A stretch of 19,052 nt of DNA from Candidatus Methylomirabilia bacterium (GTDB lineage: Bacteria; Methylomirabilota; Methylomirabilia; Rokubacteriales; CSP1-6). Shown here in pieces: positions 7,825-16,654 of the stretch. The stretch is taken from assembly GCA_041497895.1 (NCBI GenBank), contig JBGQHJ010000096.1, forward strand, positions 1 through 19,052. Reading direction: 5' to 3'. The first letter of the stretch is position 1, and each line of letters opens with the position of its first letter. Under the pieces are notes generated by a model. That model did no database searches. It had not been told where the DNA came from and saw only the letters and a program-made list of their open reading frames with translations. A program made the translations under genes and the position numbers.

Positions 7825-7851
7825 TCTATTCGTGGGTCCCGGGGCTGTCAA
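7823..7851 (-). promoter_or_regulatory. Sigma70 promoter of fadR operon
   Basis: TTGACA (7851-7846), 17 bp, TAGAAT (7828-7823). Confidence 0.85.
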
Positions 7852-8489
7852 ACGGAAGTCGGTCGCGAGCCGCGCGACTGGCAGCTCGCGATGTACTCCT
7901 GGAGCCGAGTGAACTCCCGGGAGTCGAGGTTGGCGAAGACGAGTACCGCGCCGCCTTCGTACGCTTCCCACACCAGCGCGGGCAGACGTAGGCGATCGAG
8001 CCCGGGCCGGGCCGGCAGCTCGATGACCACCACGTCGCCCTCGACGAGGGGTTGATCGGTGACCACGCGGCCGCCCGAGCCACTCAGGTCCACGGTGTGG
8101 CCGTTGGCGGTCCCCGCCGACCCTCCCTCCACCCGGATCGGCAGGCTCACCGGCACCCGCGGAAAGCGTCGGCGCATATCGCTGCGCGAGACGAACGGCG
8201 TGACGCGGCCGGCCGGCGAGTCGGACATCTTGAGGAACGCGACGCCGATGCTCTCCCGGTCGCGTCGCACGACGGTGCCCACCATCTCGAGACGTCCCGC
8301 GTCGCCGGGCAGCGTCACCCGTACCGTGACGATGCTGTCGACCGCCGCGTCGGTGTCCGACCGCACCTTCATCCCGGACAGGCTCAAATTGACGACCTCG
8401 CCGGACACCACGCGGCCGTCCGCCGATTCCACCGTGGCCGGCCAGGCCGCCGCCGCCCTCGGAAACGCCCGTCGATCGTGACCGCTCAC
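7848..8489 (-). CDS. Tandem PilZ-domain protein (213 aa)
   Basis: Two copies of RxxxR plus [D/N]xSxxG: RRAFPR...NLSLSG and RRRFPR...DLSGSG; GTG at 8489 after SD GGAGGAG. Confidence 0.85.
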   Translation of the reverse strand: MSGHDRRAFPRAAAAWPATVESADGRVVSGEVVNLSLSGMKVRSDTDAAVDSIVTVRVTLPGDAGRLEMVGTVVRRDRESIGVAFLKMSDSPAGRVTPFVSRSDMRRRFPRVPVSLPIRVEGGSAGTANGHTVDLSGSGGRVVTDQPLVEGDVVVIELPARPGLDRLRLPALVWEAYEGGAVLVFANLDSREFTRLQEYIASCQSRGSRPTSV

Positions 8490-8593
8490 CCGACTCCTCC
8501 TCCCGCACCGCCTCGCTGCCTCGGCGCAGCGCGTGATTCGACCCTGACGCGTCGGGGGCCTTCCTGTCAACTCTTGCGATCGAGCCACTCGCC

Positions 8594-8622
8594 TTGACGG
8601 CTCCGGCACCGGCGCGTACGAT
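8594..8622 (+). promoter_or_regulatory. Sigma70 promoter of LLM gene
   Basis: TTGACG (8594-8599), 17 bp, TACGAT (8617-8622); 8 nt to the ATG, no SD. Confidence 0.75.
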
Positions 8623-8630
8623 GCCGCACC

Positions 8631-9572
8631 ATGACGGTCAAGTACCGCGTCGGCATCATGCCGGGACCGTGGCCGCCCGGCCGCGCCGGCGCCGCCTTCC
8701 TGTGGACGCTCTGCGACATGCTGGAGCGGAGCGACGTGGATTCGATCTGGCTCTCGGATCGGCTCTCCTCCCCCGCGCCAGTTCCCGAGGTCATGACCAC
8801 GCTCGCCGCGATCGCCGCGCGCACCACCCGGCTCAAGTTCGGGCCCAGCGTGGTGGTGCTCCCCTATCGCACGCCGGTGGTGGCGGCCAAGGAGATGGCC
8901 ACCGTCGACTGGCTGTCCCAGGGGCGCCTCTTCCCCGCGGTGGGAGTAGGAGTGGAGCTGCCGCGCGAGTTCGACGCGGCCGGGGTGCCGTTCGCCGAGC
9001 GCGGTCGGCGCACCGACGAGGCGATCCGGGTGATGCGGATGCTCTGGACCCAGGACGAGGTGACCTTCCAGGGCGACTTCTACAAGCTCGACCGGGTCTC
9101 GATCTTCCCGAAGCCCTGGCAAACGCCGCCGCCGATCTGGATCGGGGGCAAGAGCGAGGCCGCGATGCGGCGCACCGCGCGCCTCGGCGACGGCTGGATC
9201 CCCTCCTTCATCACGCCGGACGAGATGCGGGCCGGGGTCCAGAAGGTCCACGACCTGGCCGCCGCGGCGGGCCGGCAGGTGCCGGAGGATCACTTCGGCA
9301 CCCTGATCAATTACGCGATCGCAGACTCGGAGGCGACCGCCCTGGCCCTGGCCCAGCCCTACGTGCCGCGCGGGCGCGTGGACGAGGCTACCATGCGCCA
9401 GTGCACCGCCTTCGGCCCGGCCGGGCGCCTGATCGAGAAGGTCGAGGAGTACGTGAAGGCGGGCGCCTCCAAGTTCATCCTGCGCCCGCTCTGCCCGCCC
9501 GATCGCATGCTCGAGCAGCTCGCGCTCGTGGGCGAGCAGGTCTGCCCGGAGTTCCACCGCCGCTCGAGCTAG
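8631..9572 (+). CDS. Luciferase-like (LLM class) flavin/F420-dependent oxidoreductase
   Basis: DSIWLSDR, LAAIAARTTRLKFG, LSQGRL, PKPWQTPPPIWIGGKSEAAMRRTARLGDGWIP. The cofactor cannot be determined from sequence alone. Confidence 0.9.
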   Translation: MTVKYRVGIMPGPWPPGRAGAAFLWTLCDMLERSDVDSIWLSDRLSSPAPVPEVMTTLAAIAARTTRLKFGPSVVVLPYRTPVVAAKEMATVDWLSQGRLFPAVGVGVELPREFDAAGVPFAERGRRTDEAIRVMRMLWTQDEVTFQGDFYKLDRVSIFPKPWQTPPPIWIGGKSEAAMRRTARLGDGWIPSFITPDEMRAGVQKVHDLAAAAGRQVPEDHFGTLINYAIADSEATALALAQPYVPRGRVDEATMRQCTAFGPAGRLIEKVEEYVKAGASKFILRPLCPPDRMLEQLALVGEQVCPEFHRRSS

Positions 9573-9604
9573 GCCCGTCCGGCTCGGCCCCGTATACTGC
9601 AGCC

Positions 9605-10582
9605 ATGCGTCGACTCCATTCGCTGATCCTGGCGGTGCTTCTCGCACTCGCGGTATCTTCCCTGGCCGGCTGCTCGCTGGTCACCCTCGACTTCCAGCCC
9701 AAGATCCGGCCGCTCGAGGAAGAGACGGTGGAGGGCAAGGGGTCGAGCAAAATCCTGCTCCTCGACCTCTCGGGCACGCTCGCCGAGGACCTGCCGAGCT
9801 TCTCGCTGGGGGCGCCGCCGCCGCGGGTGCCGCTCCTGGCCCGCGTGCGGGAGGAGCTGGCCAAGGCCGAGAAGGACGAGCACGTCCGTGCGCTCATCGT
9901 GCGGATCAACAGCCCGGGAGGGACCATCACCGCCTCCGACATCCTTTACCACGAGATCCTGGCGTTCAAGCAGCGCCGCAAGATCCCGGTCATCGCGGCC
10001 ATCATGGACGTGGGCGCGTCCGGCGGCTACTACGCGGCGCTCGCCGCCGACACCATCGTGGCCAACCCCACCACCATCACCGGGAGCATCGGGGTGGTCA
10101 TGGTCACGGTGAACGCGCAAGGGCTGATGGAGAAGATCGGGGTCGCGCCGCTCGCGATCAAGTCGGGTCCGATGAAGGACGCGGGCTCGCCGTTCCGATC
10201 TCTGAGCGGGCCCGAGCTGGCCGTCTTCCAGAACATCATCGACGAGATGTACGGCCGGTTCGTGGGGCTCATCGTGCAATCGCGGAAGCTGCCGGAGGAC
10301 CGGGTGCGCGCACTCGCCGACGGGCGCGTGTACACCGCCGAGCAGGCGCTGCGGCTCGGCCTGATCGACCGCATCGGATACCTCGAGGACGTGGTCAAGC
10401 TGGCCAAGGACGCAGCGAAGCTCGACGAGGCGCGGGTCGTGATGTACCACCGCCCGAAGGAGTACCGCTCCAACCTCTACTCGAGCACCCTCGCGTCGGC
10501 GACCGCGGAGAGCACCCTGGCCCAGTTCGCCGCCGCGCTCGGCGGCAGCGGGCCGCGCTTCCTCTACCTCTGGTGGCCCTAG
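9605..10582 (+). CDS. sppA: Signal peptide peptidase SppA (S49), predicted lipoprotein (325 aa)
   Basis: RINSPGG, GASGGYY, TGSIGV, KSGPMKD, DGRVYTAEQALRLGLID; signal peptide with lipobox LAGC (Cys23). Confidence 0.92.
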   Translation: MRRLHSLILAVLLALAVSSLAGCSLVTLDFQPKIRPLEEETVEGKGSSKILLLDLSGTLAEDLPSFSLGAPPPRVPLLARVREELAKAEKDEHVRALIVRINSPGGTITASDILYHEILAFKQRRKIPVIAAIMDVGASGGYYAALAADTIVANPTTITGSIGVVMVTVNAQGLMEKIGVAPLAIKSGPMKDAGSPFRSLSGPELAVFQNIIDEMYGRFVGLIVQSRKLPEDRVRALADGRVYTAEQALRLGLIDRIGYLEDVVKLAKDAAKLDEARVVMYHRPKEYRSNLYSSTLASATAESTLAQFAAALGGSGPRFLYLWWP

Positions 10583-13092
10583 GCGGGCGTCGGGGCTGAC
10601 CCGGGCCGGGGCCGCGGCCCGTCCAGCGTCTCGCGGACCTTCTGTCCGAGGGCGGTGGGCGTGAACGGCTTCTGGATGAACACGGTGTCCGGCTCGAGGA
10701 CCCCGTGTCGGATGATCGCCTCGTTGGTGTAGCCCGACATGTACAGCACCTGGAGCTCCGGCCGGAGCGGCCGTAGCCGCTCGGCGAGCGCCCGCCCGCT
10801 CTGCCGCGGCATGATGACGTCGGTCAACAGCAGGTGAATGGCACCCGCGTGGCGCTCCGCCACCAGGACCGCCTCGTGCGGGTCGCACGCCTGGAGCACG
10901 CGGTAGCCGCTCGCCTCCAGGATCTCGCGGGCGAGGTCCCGCACCTCCGGCTCGTCCTCCACCAGGAGGACCGTCTCGTCGCCCCGCGGCGCGGTGGTGG
11001 GGGTCGTCCTCGGCTCGGCCGGTAGGATCGTCGGCTCCGCGACCCGCGGCAGGTAGATCTTGAAGCTGGTGCCGCGCCCGCACTCGCTGTAGAGCTTGAT
11101 GTCGCCACCGCTCTGCTTGACGATCCCGTACACGGTGGCCAGGCCCAGGCCGGTGCCCTTCCCGGGGCCCTTGGTGGTGAAGAAGGGCTCGAACACCCGC
11201 GAGCGGGTCTGCTCGTCCATCCCGAGCCCGGTATCGGTCACCGCGAGCATCACGTAGGGCCCGGGCGGCACCGAGAGGTGGCGGCTCGCGTAGGCCACGT
11301 CCAGCTCCACGTCGGCGGTCTCGACGGTGAGGCAGCCGCCCTCGGGCATCGCATCGCGCGCGTTCACCACCAGGTTGACGATCACCTGCTCGATCTGACC
11401 CGGATCGGCCCTGACCCGCCCGAGACCCGTGGCGGGGATCACCGCCAGGTCGATGTCCTCACCGATGAGCCGTCCCAGCATCGGCTCCATGCCGGCCACC
11501 ACCGCGTTGAGATCCAGCACCTGCGGCTGGAGCACCTGCTTGCGGCTGAACGCGAGCAGCTGCTGGGTGAGCGCCGCGGCGCGGTCGGCGGTGGTGCGCA
11601 CCAGGGTGGCGTCTCGGTGGATCGGCTCCTCGGGGCGGAGGCGCGAGATGATGAGCTGCGCGCGCCCGGCGATCACGGTGAGCAGATTGTTGAAGTCGTG
11701 GGCGATCCCCCCGGCGAGCTGCCCGATCGCATCCATCTTCTGCGACTGGCGGAGCTGCTCCTCGAGGTGGCGGCGCTCGCCGATGTCCTTGAGCACGCCG
11801 AGCGTGCCCACCTCCGCGCCGGCCGCGTCGCGCAGCATCGCGATCGAGGCGCTGACCTCGACGCGTCGGCCGTCCCGGGCGAGGAACCCGGTCTCGTAGT
11901 TCCGCAGCGGGCCCTGCTCGGCGAGGCGCCGCTTGACGACCCGCGCCTCCTCGAGGCCACCCGGATAGAGGCTGGCCACCGGCTCGCCGATCATCTCCTC
12001 GGCGCGGCAGCCGAACATCGCGGCGGCCCCTCGGCTGAAGTAGGTCACCCGGCCGCGGTCGTCGGTAGTGATGATGGCGTCCGGGGAGTGGTCGGTGATG
12101 GACTGCAGGAAATCGCGCGCGTCCCGGATCTCGAGATAGAGGGCCGAGTTCTCCAGCGCCACCGCGCCCTGGCCGACGAACGCGGCGAGGAGGGCCAGCT
12201 CGTCCTCGGTGTAGGTCCGGCCCGGTGCGTCGCCAAGGCTCAGCACGCCGATCACCCGCTCCCCCGCCTTCAGGGGCATCGCGAGCACCGAGCGGAAGCC
12301 GTCCGCGCGCACCCGCTCGGCCGCCCAGTCCGGCAGCGTGATCTTCGGATCCACGAGGATGTCCGGCGTCCAGACGCTCCGCTCTTCCGCCGCCGCCCGA
12401 CCCACCGCACCCTCGCCGATGCGCACGCTCCGCCCGTGCCACGCGGTCGGGTGGCCGGCGCCGGCGGCCGCGATGCACACCAGCCGCCCCGCCTCCCGCT
12501 CGAGACGATAGAGCGTGGCGTGACGGGCGTCGAAGACGCGGACCACCGAGGTCGCGATCTGTCGGGCCACCGGGGCCGGCTCGAGACCGGAGGCCAGCTC
12601 GCGCCCGGTCTCGATGAGGGCGGCCGCCGACATCTCGACGCGGCGCCGCTCCGTGATGTCCGAGTGGGCGATGACCACGCCGCCGCCTTCCAGCGGCGTC
12701 ACCGTGAGCGTGAACCAGCGCGAGTCGTCCGCGCCGTGGCCCGCGTAGTCGAGGGTGAAGATCGGCAGCTCCCGGCGCAGCACGCGGGCGATGCCGGCCT
12801 CGGCCCGGGCACCCTGGGGGCAGCCCGCCATCCGGCCCTCGCGGCAGACCGCGAAGTAGTCCTGGCCGACCCCTTCCGCGACCACGGGCCCGGCGCCGTT
12901 CTCCCGGCCGAAGCGCCGCCAGGCCTCGTTGGCGGCCGCGATGATGCCCCGGTCGTCCACGATGACGGTCATCGCGGGCAGGGCGTCGAGCAGCACCCGG
13001 CCCGGCCCGCCCGTCCACGCGCCCGGCGTGGACGCGTTCGGAGCGGGGACGGCCGGCGCCGCGCGCAGCGGTCCGAGACCGCCGGTGGTCAT
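10579..13092 (-). CDS. Hybrid sensor histidine kinase (PAS-GAF-PAS-HisKA-HATPase-REC)
   Basis: AGGIAHDFNNLL, NLVVNARDAM, DTGLGM, FEPFFTTKGPGKGTGLGL; REC with VEDE/LLTDVIMP/KPF. Start is uncertain because there is no SD. Confidence 0.92.
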   Translation of the reverse strand: MTTGGLGPLRAAPAVPAPNASTPGAWTGGPGRVLLDALPAMTVIVDDRGIIAAANEAWRRFGRENGAGPVVAEGVGQDYFAVCREGRMAGCPQGARAEAGIARVLRRELPIFTLDYAGHGADDSRWFTLTVTPLEGGGVVIAHSDITERRRVEMSAAALIETGRELASGLEPAPVARQIATSVVRVFDARHATLYRLEREAGRLVCIAAAGAGHPTAWHGRSVRIGEGAVGRAAAEERSVWTPDILVDPKITLPDWAAERVRADGFRSVLAMPLKAGERVIGVLSLGDAPGRTYTEDELALLAAFVGQGAVALENSALYLEIRDARDFLQSITDHSPDAIITTDDRGRVTYFSRGAAAMFGCRAEEMIGEPVASLYPGGLEEARVVKRRLAEQGPLRNYETGFLARDGRRVEVSASIAMLRDAAGAEVGTLGVLKDIGERRHLEEQLRQSQKMDAIGQLAGGIAHDFNNLLTVIAGRAQLIISRLRPEEPIHRDATLVRTTADRAAALTQQLLAFSRKQVLQPQVLDLNAVVAGMEPMLGRLIGEDIDLAVIPATGLGRVRADPGQIEQVIVNLVVNARDAMPEGGCLTVETADVELDVAYASRHLSVPPGPYVMLAVTDTGLGMDEQTRSRVFEPFFTTKGPGKGTGLGLATVYGIVKQSGGDIKLYSECGRGTSFKIYLPRVAEPTILPAEPRTTPTTAPRGDETVLLVEDEPEVRDLAREILEASGYRVLQACDPHEAVLVAERHAGAIHLLLTDVIMPRQSGRALAERLRPLRPELQVLYMSGYTNEAIIRHGVLEPDTVFIQKPFTPTALGQKVRETLDGPRPRPGSAPTPA

Positions 13093-13182
13093 GCGCGGGC
13101 CCGTGGCGCGCCGGGCCGGAGAAGCCGCGGGCCCGCGGCGGGGAAGTGGACGGACGCCATGGCGGGTCGGGTCGAGACGGCG

Positions 13183-13485
13183 CTACGCCGGACGCTGGAA
13201 CTCCCGCGCGGAGATGCCGTAGCGCTTCATCTTGGCGTGCAGCGTGGTGTAGTTCGTGCGGAGCAGCCGCGCCGCGTGGCTCTTGTTGCCGAGCGTGCTG
13301 ACGAGGGCGCGGCGGATCGCCTCCGCCTCGGCCCGGGTCACCGCCGAGTCGACGATCTGGCGGAGCGAGAAGACCCCGACGCGCATCGACGCGTGTGCCT
13401 CCTTCGGGCCCTCGACGGCCGGCGCCGACGGCGCGGCCCGGTCGGGAACCGAGATCCACATCGGAACGGCCTCGAGTGTGCTCAT
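13183..13485 (-). CDS. Stand-alone Fis-type (HTH_8) DNA-binding protein, paralog of the adjacent activator's HTH (100 aa)
   Basis: SD AGGAGG 7 nt before ATG 13485; LGNKSHAARLLRTNYTTLHAKMKRYGI; no REC or AAA+ domain. Confidence 0.85.
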   Translation of the reverse strand: MSTLEAVPMWISVPDRAAPSAPAVEGPKEAHASMRVGVFSLRQIVDSAVTRAEAEAIRRALVSTLGNKSHAARLLRTNYTTLHAKMKRYGISAREFQRPA

Positions 13486-13538
13486 GCCTTGCCCTCCTGC
13501 AGCGGTGGGTGCGGGTGCGAAACCACGCCCGTAGCAGG

Positions 13539-13553
13539 GCAAGTGCAGTGCCA
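13539..13553 (-). promoter_or_regulatory. Sigma54 (-24/-12) promoter
   Basis: Minus strand TGGCAC-TGCAC-TTGC, an exact TGGCAC-N5-TTGC match, 53 bp upstream of the HTH gene ATG. Confidence 0.85.
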
Positions 13554-13602
13554 CCCGCGAGCAACCTCCGAGGGCCCGTCGACGAGCAGTCCGTTCACAG
13601 AA

Positions 13603-13615
13603 ATTCAGCTACTTG
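13603..13615 (+). promoter_or_regulatory. Candidate IHF site
   Basis: ATTCAGCTACTTG, one mismatch to WATCARNNNNTTR, in an AT-rich patch upstream of the sigma54 promoter. Confidence 0.45.
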
Positions 13616-13676
13616 CAGAATGGGACGGGCCAGGTCGCTCACGGGAAGCTCCCGCGATAGCGGAGCGGCACCATGG

Positions 13677-13696
13677 CTATGGCGGCTCCTCCATAG
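13677..13696. promoter_or_regulatory. Candidate enhancer (UAS) CTATGG-N8-CCATAG
   Basis: Inverted repeat about 160 bp upstream of the predicted sigma54 start site. Confidence 0.45.
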
Positions 13697-13721
13697 GGAC
13701 GGCGCCGGGAGGAACGGACGA

Positions 13722-15113
<1,392 letters not shown>

Positions 15114-15117
15114 CGGA

Positions 15118-15960
15118 TCATCCCGTCGCTCGGAGCTGATAGATCGCGATGTGCCGGATCGAGGCGACCGGGTGCGTCGCGTCGGCCAGCAGGAGCAGGT
15201 CCAGCTCCACGAACTCGTGCCCCTTGCCCTGGAAGAGATTCTTTACCTTGGCGCGCGTCTCGAGACGCTGGCCGACCCGGGGCACGCTCAGGTGCTGGCC
15301 GTGGCTCTCCACGTGGATCCACGGGCTCACCCGCACGTTCCGGTCGAGCGCGCGGTTGGCCTGGTCGAGGTAGAGCCCGGGATGCGCGGGCGCGTCGGCC
15401 CCCTGGTAGATCGGCAGCGTGTCGCTCACCCGCTTGAGGAACCCGTCGATCACCGACCGCTCGAGGAGCAGCTCGGGCGTGCCGAGGACGGTATGCGCCG
15501 CGAGATGGGCCCGGGTCGCCAGCGGTCGCTCGGCGGGAAGCGGCGCGGCGGGATAGGCGCCCAGCTCCGGCAGCGTGAGCAGTGGGCCCAGCGGAAGGCC
15601 CATCGTCGCGGTGGCGCAGACCTCGTCCTCGTCGTTCACCACCCGAGCCTGGATCGTCACCTCGTCCCGGGAGTGCGAGGCCACGCTGGTGCGGACCGCG
15701 ACCTCCTGGCCAAAGTACACCGGCCTGGCGAAGCGCACCGAGAAGGTGCCGTGATCGAGCCAGGCCCCGCCGATCGCGGCCACCACCGGGCGCGTCATCC
15801 ACGAGTACACGGTCACCCCGGGGACCAGGCCGCCGCGGAACCCGAACTCTCGGGCGAGCCCGTCCTCGTGGATCTTGTTCTCCCACGCGTCGTGCGTGGG
15901 CGTGGCGCTCACCCGGTATTCCGGAAGATCCGTGCCCACCACCAGGGCGTCGAGGCTCAT
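15118..15960 (-). CDS. Double hot-dog (MaoC-like) protein (280 aa)
   Basis: ENKIHEDGLAREFGFRGGLVPG and VRFARPVYFG; second repeat WIHVES...GKGHEFVELD; ATG 15960. Confidence 0.75.
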   Translation of the reverse strand: MSLDALVVGTDLPEYRVSATPTHDAWENKIHEDGLAREFGFRGGLVPGVTVYSWMTRPVVAAIGGAWLDHGTFSVRFARPVYFGQEVAVRTSVASHSRDEVTIQARVVNDEDEVCATATMGLPLGPLLTLPELGAYPAAPLPAERPLATRAHLAAHTVLGTPELLLERSVIDGFLKRVSDTLPIYQGADAPAHPGLYLDQANRALDRNVRVSPWIHVESHGQHLSVPRVGQRLETRAKVKNLFQGKGHEFVELDLLLLADATHPVASIRHIAIYQLRATG

Positions 15961-15968
15961 CGCGATCG

Positions 15969-16652
15969 TCAGGGCTGGGGGGACTTGCCGCCGTAGCCTC
16001 CGGCGAGATCCTGGTCCGCGTTCCACCGGACCCAGGTGGTCTCGAGCGGGTCGACGGTGAGCGCGACCGGCTGCGCCGGCACGCCGGACGCGGGGACCAC
16101 GAGCTGCTGTGGGCCGGTGAGCGTCCGCTCCCACTGCCGGTCCGGGCCCGCGCACACCGCGCTCCCGTGGTGGACCTGCACCAGCAGGGCGCCCTCCGCG
16201 CTCCGCCTCAGCCCGACCCCGGCGCCGCGGATCGTGACCACCGCGGGCCCGGCCCGCACCTCGATCTGCGTCGGCTCGGGACTCCCGGGCATCACCGCGA
16301 CCCAGAGCCATCCGCTGTCGAGCCGCACCCGGGTCGGCCCCGGGGTCTCGCCGCCTTCGGAGGCGAGCAGCGCGATCTGGGAGCGCGAGCCGAGCCGTAG
16401 GGCCTGACCGCTCGCGGTGCGGATGGTGACCCGGCCGCCGAGCTGGGTGCGGACGCTGTCGCCTTCGCCGACGTCGGCGCGCAGGACCGCGGGCGCCCAC
16501 GCCGGCGTGCCCTTCTGGTACAGCTCGGCCGTGCCGCCGAGCGTGACGAGCTTGGCGGGCAACTCGCGCGGCTGGGCCCACGCTCCGGGCGCGGTGGCAC
16601 CGACGAGGAGGACGACCCCACCCAGGACGGCCGCCCTCAAGACCTTGGGCAC
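15969..16652 (-). CDS. Exported FecR-domain protein (227 aa)
   Basis: Signal peptide ending AWA-Q; FecR-like GDSVRT...LRLGSRSQI...LDSGWL...VTIRG; SD GGAGG. Confidence 0.75.
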   Translation of the reverse strand: MPKVLRAAVLGGVVLLVGATAPGAWAQPRELPAKLVTLGGTAELYQKGTPAWAPAVLRADVGEGDSVRTQLGGRVTIRTASGQALRLGSRSQIALLASEGGETPGPTRVRLDSGWLWVAVMPGSPEPTQIEVRAGPAVVTIRGAGVGLRRSAEGALLVQVHHGSAVCAGPDRQWERTLTGPQQLVVPASGVPAQPVALTVDPLETTWVRWNADQDLAGGYGGKSPQP

Positions 16653-16654
16653 GC

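Noticed and set aside
8541..8570. TTGACA upstream of the PilZ gene as a sigma70 promoter
   Set aside because: The -10 at correct spacing is poor (TCAGGG or CAGGGT), so it was not called.
7848..9647. 599-aa ORF as a single protein; likewise 8594-10582, 7216-8508, 2953-4029, 5300-6124 and 15118-16722
   Set aside because: Over-extended 5' ends. The real genes start at internal codons supported by SD, promoter or domain boundaries.
13183..13485. Small HTH gene as a pseudogene remnant or assembly duplicate
   Set aside because: It has its own SD and sigma54 promoter, an intact frame, and mostly synonymous differences from the activator copy.
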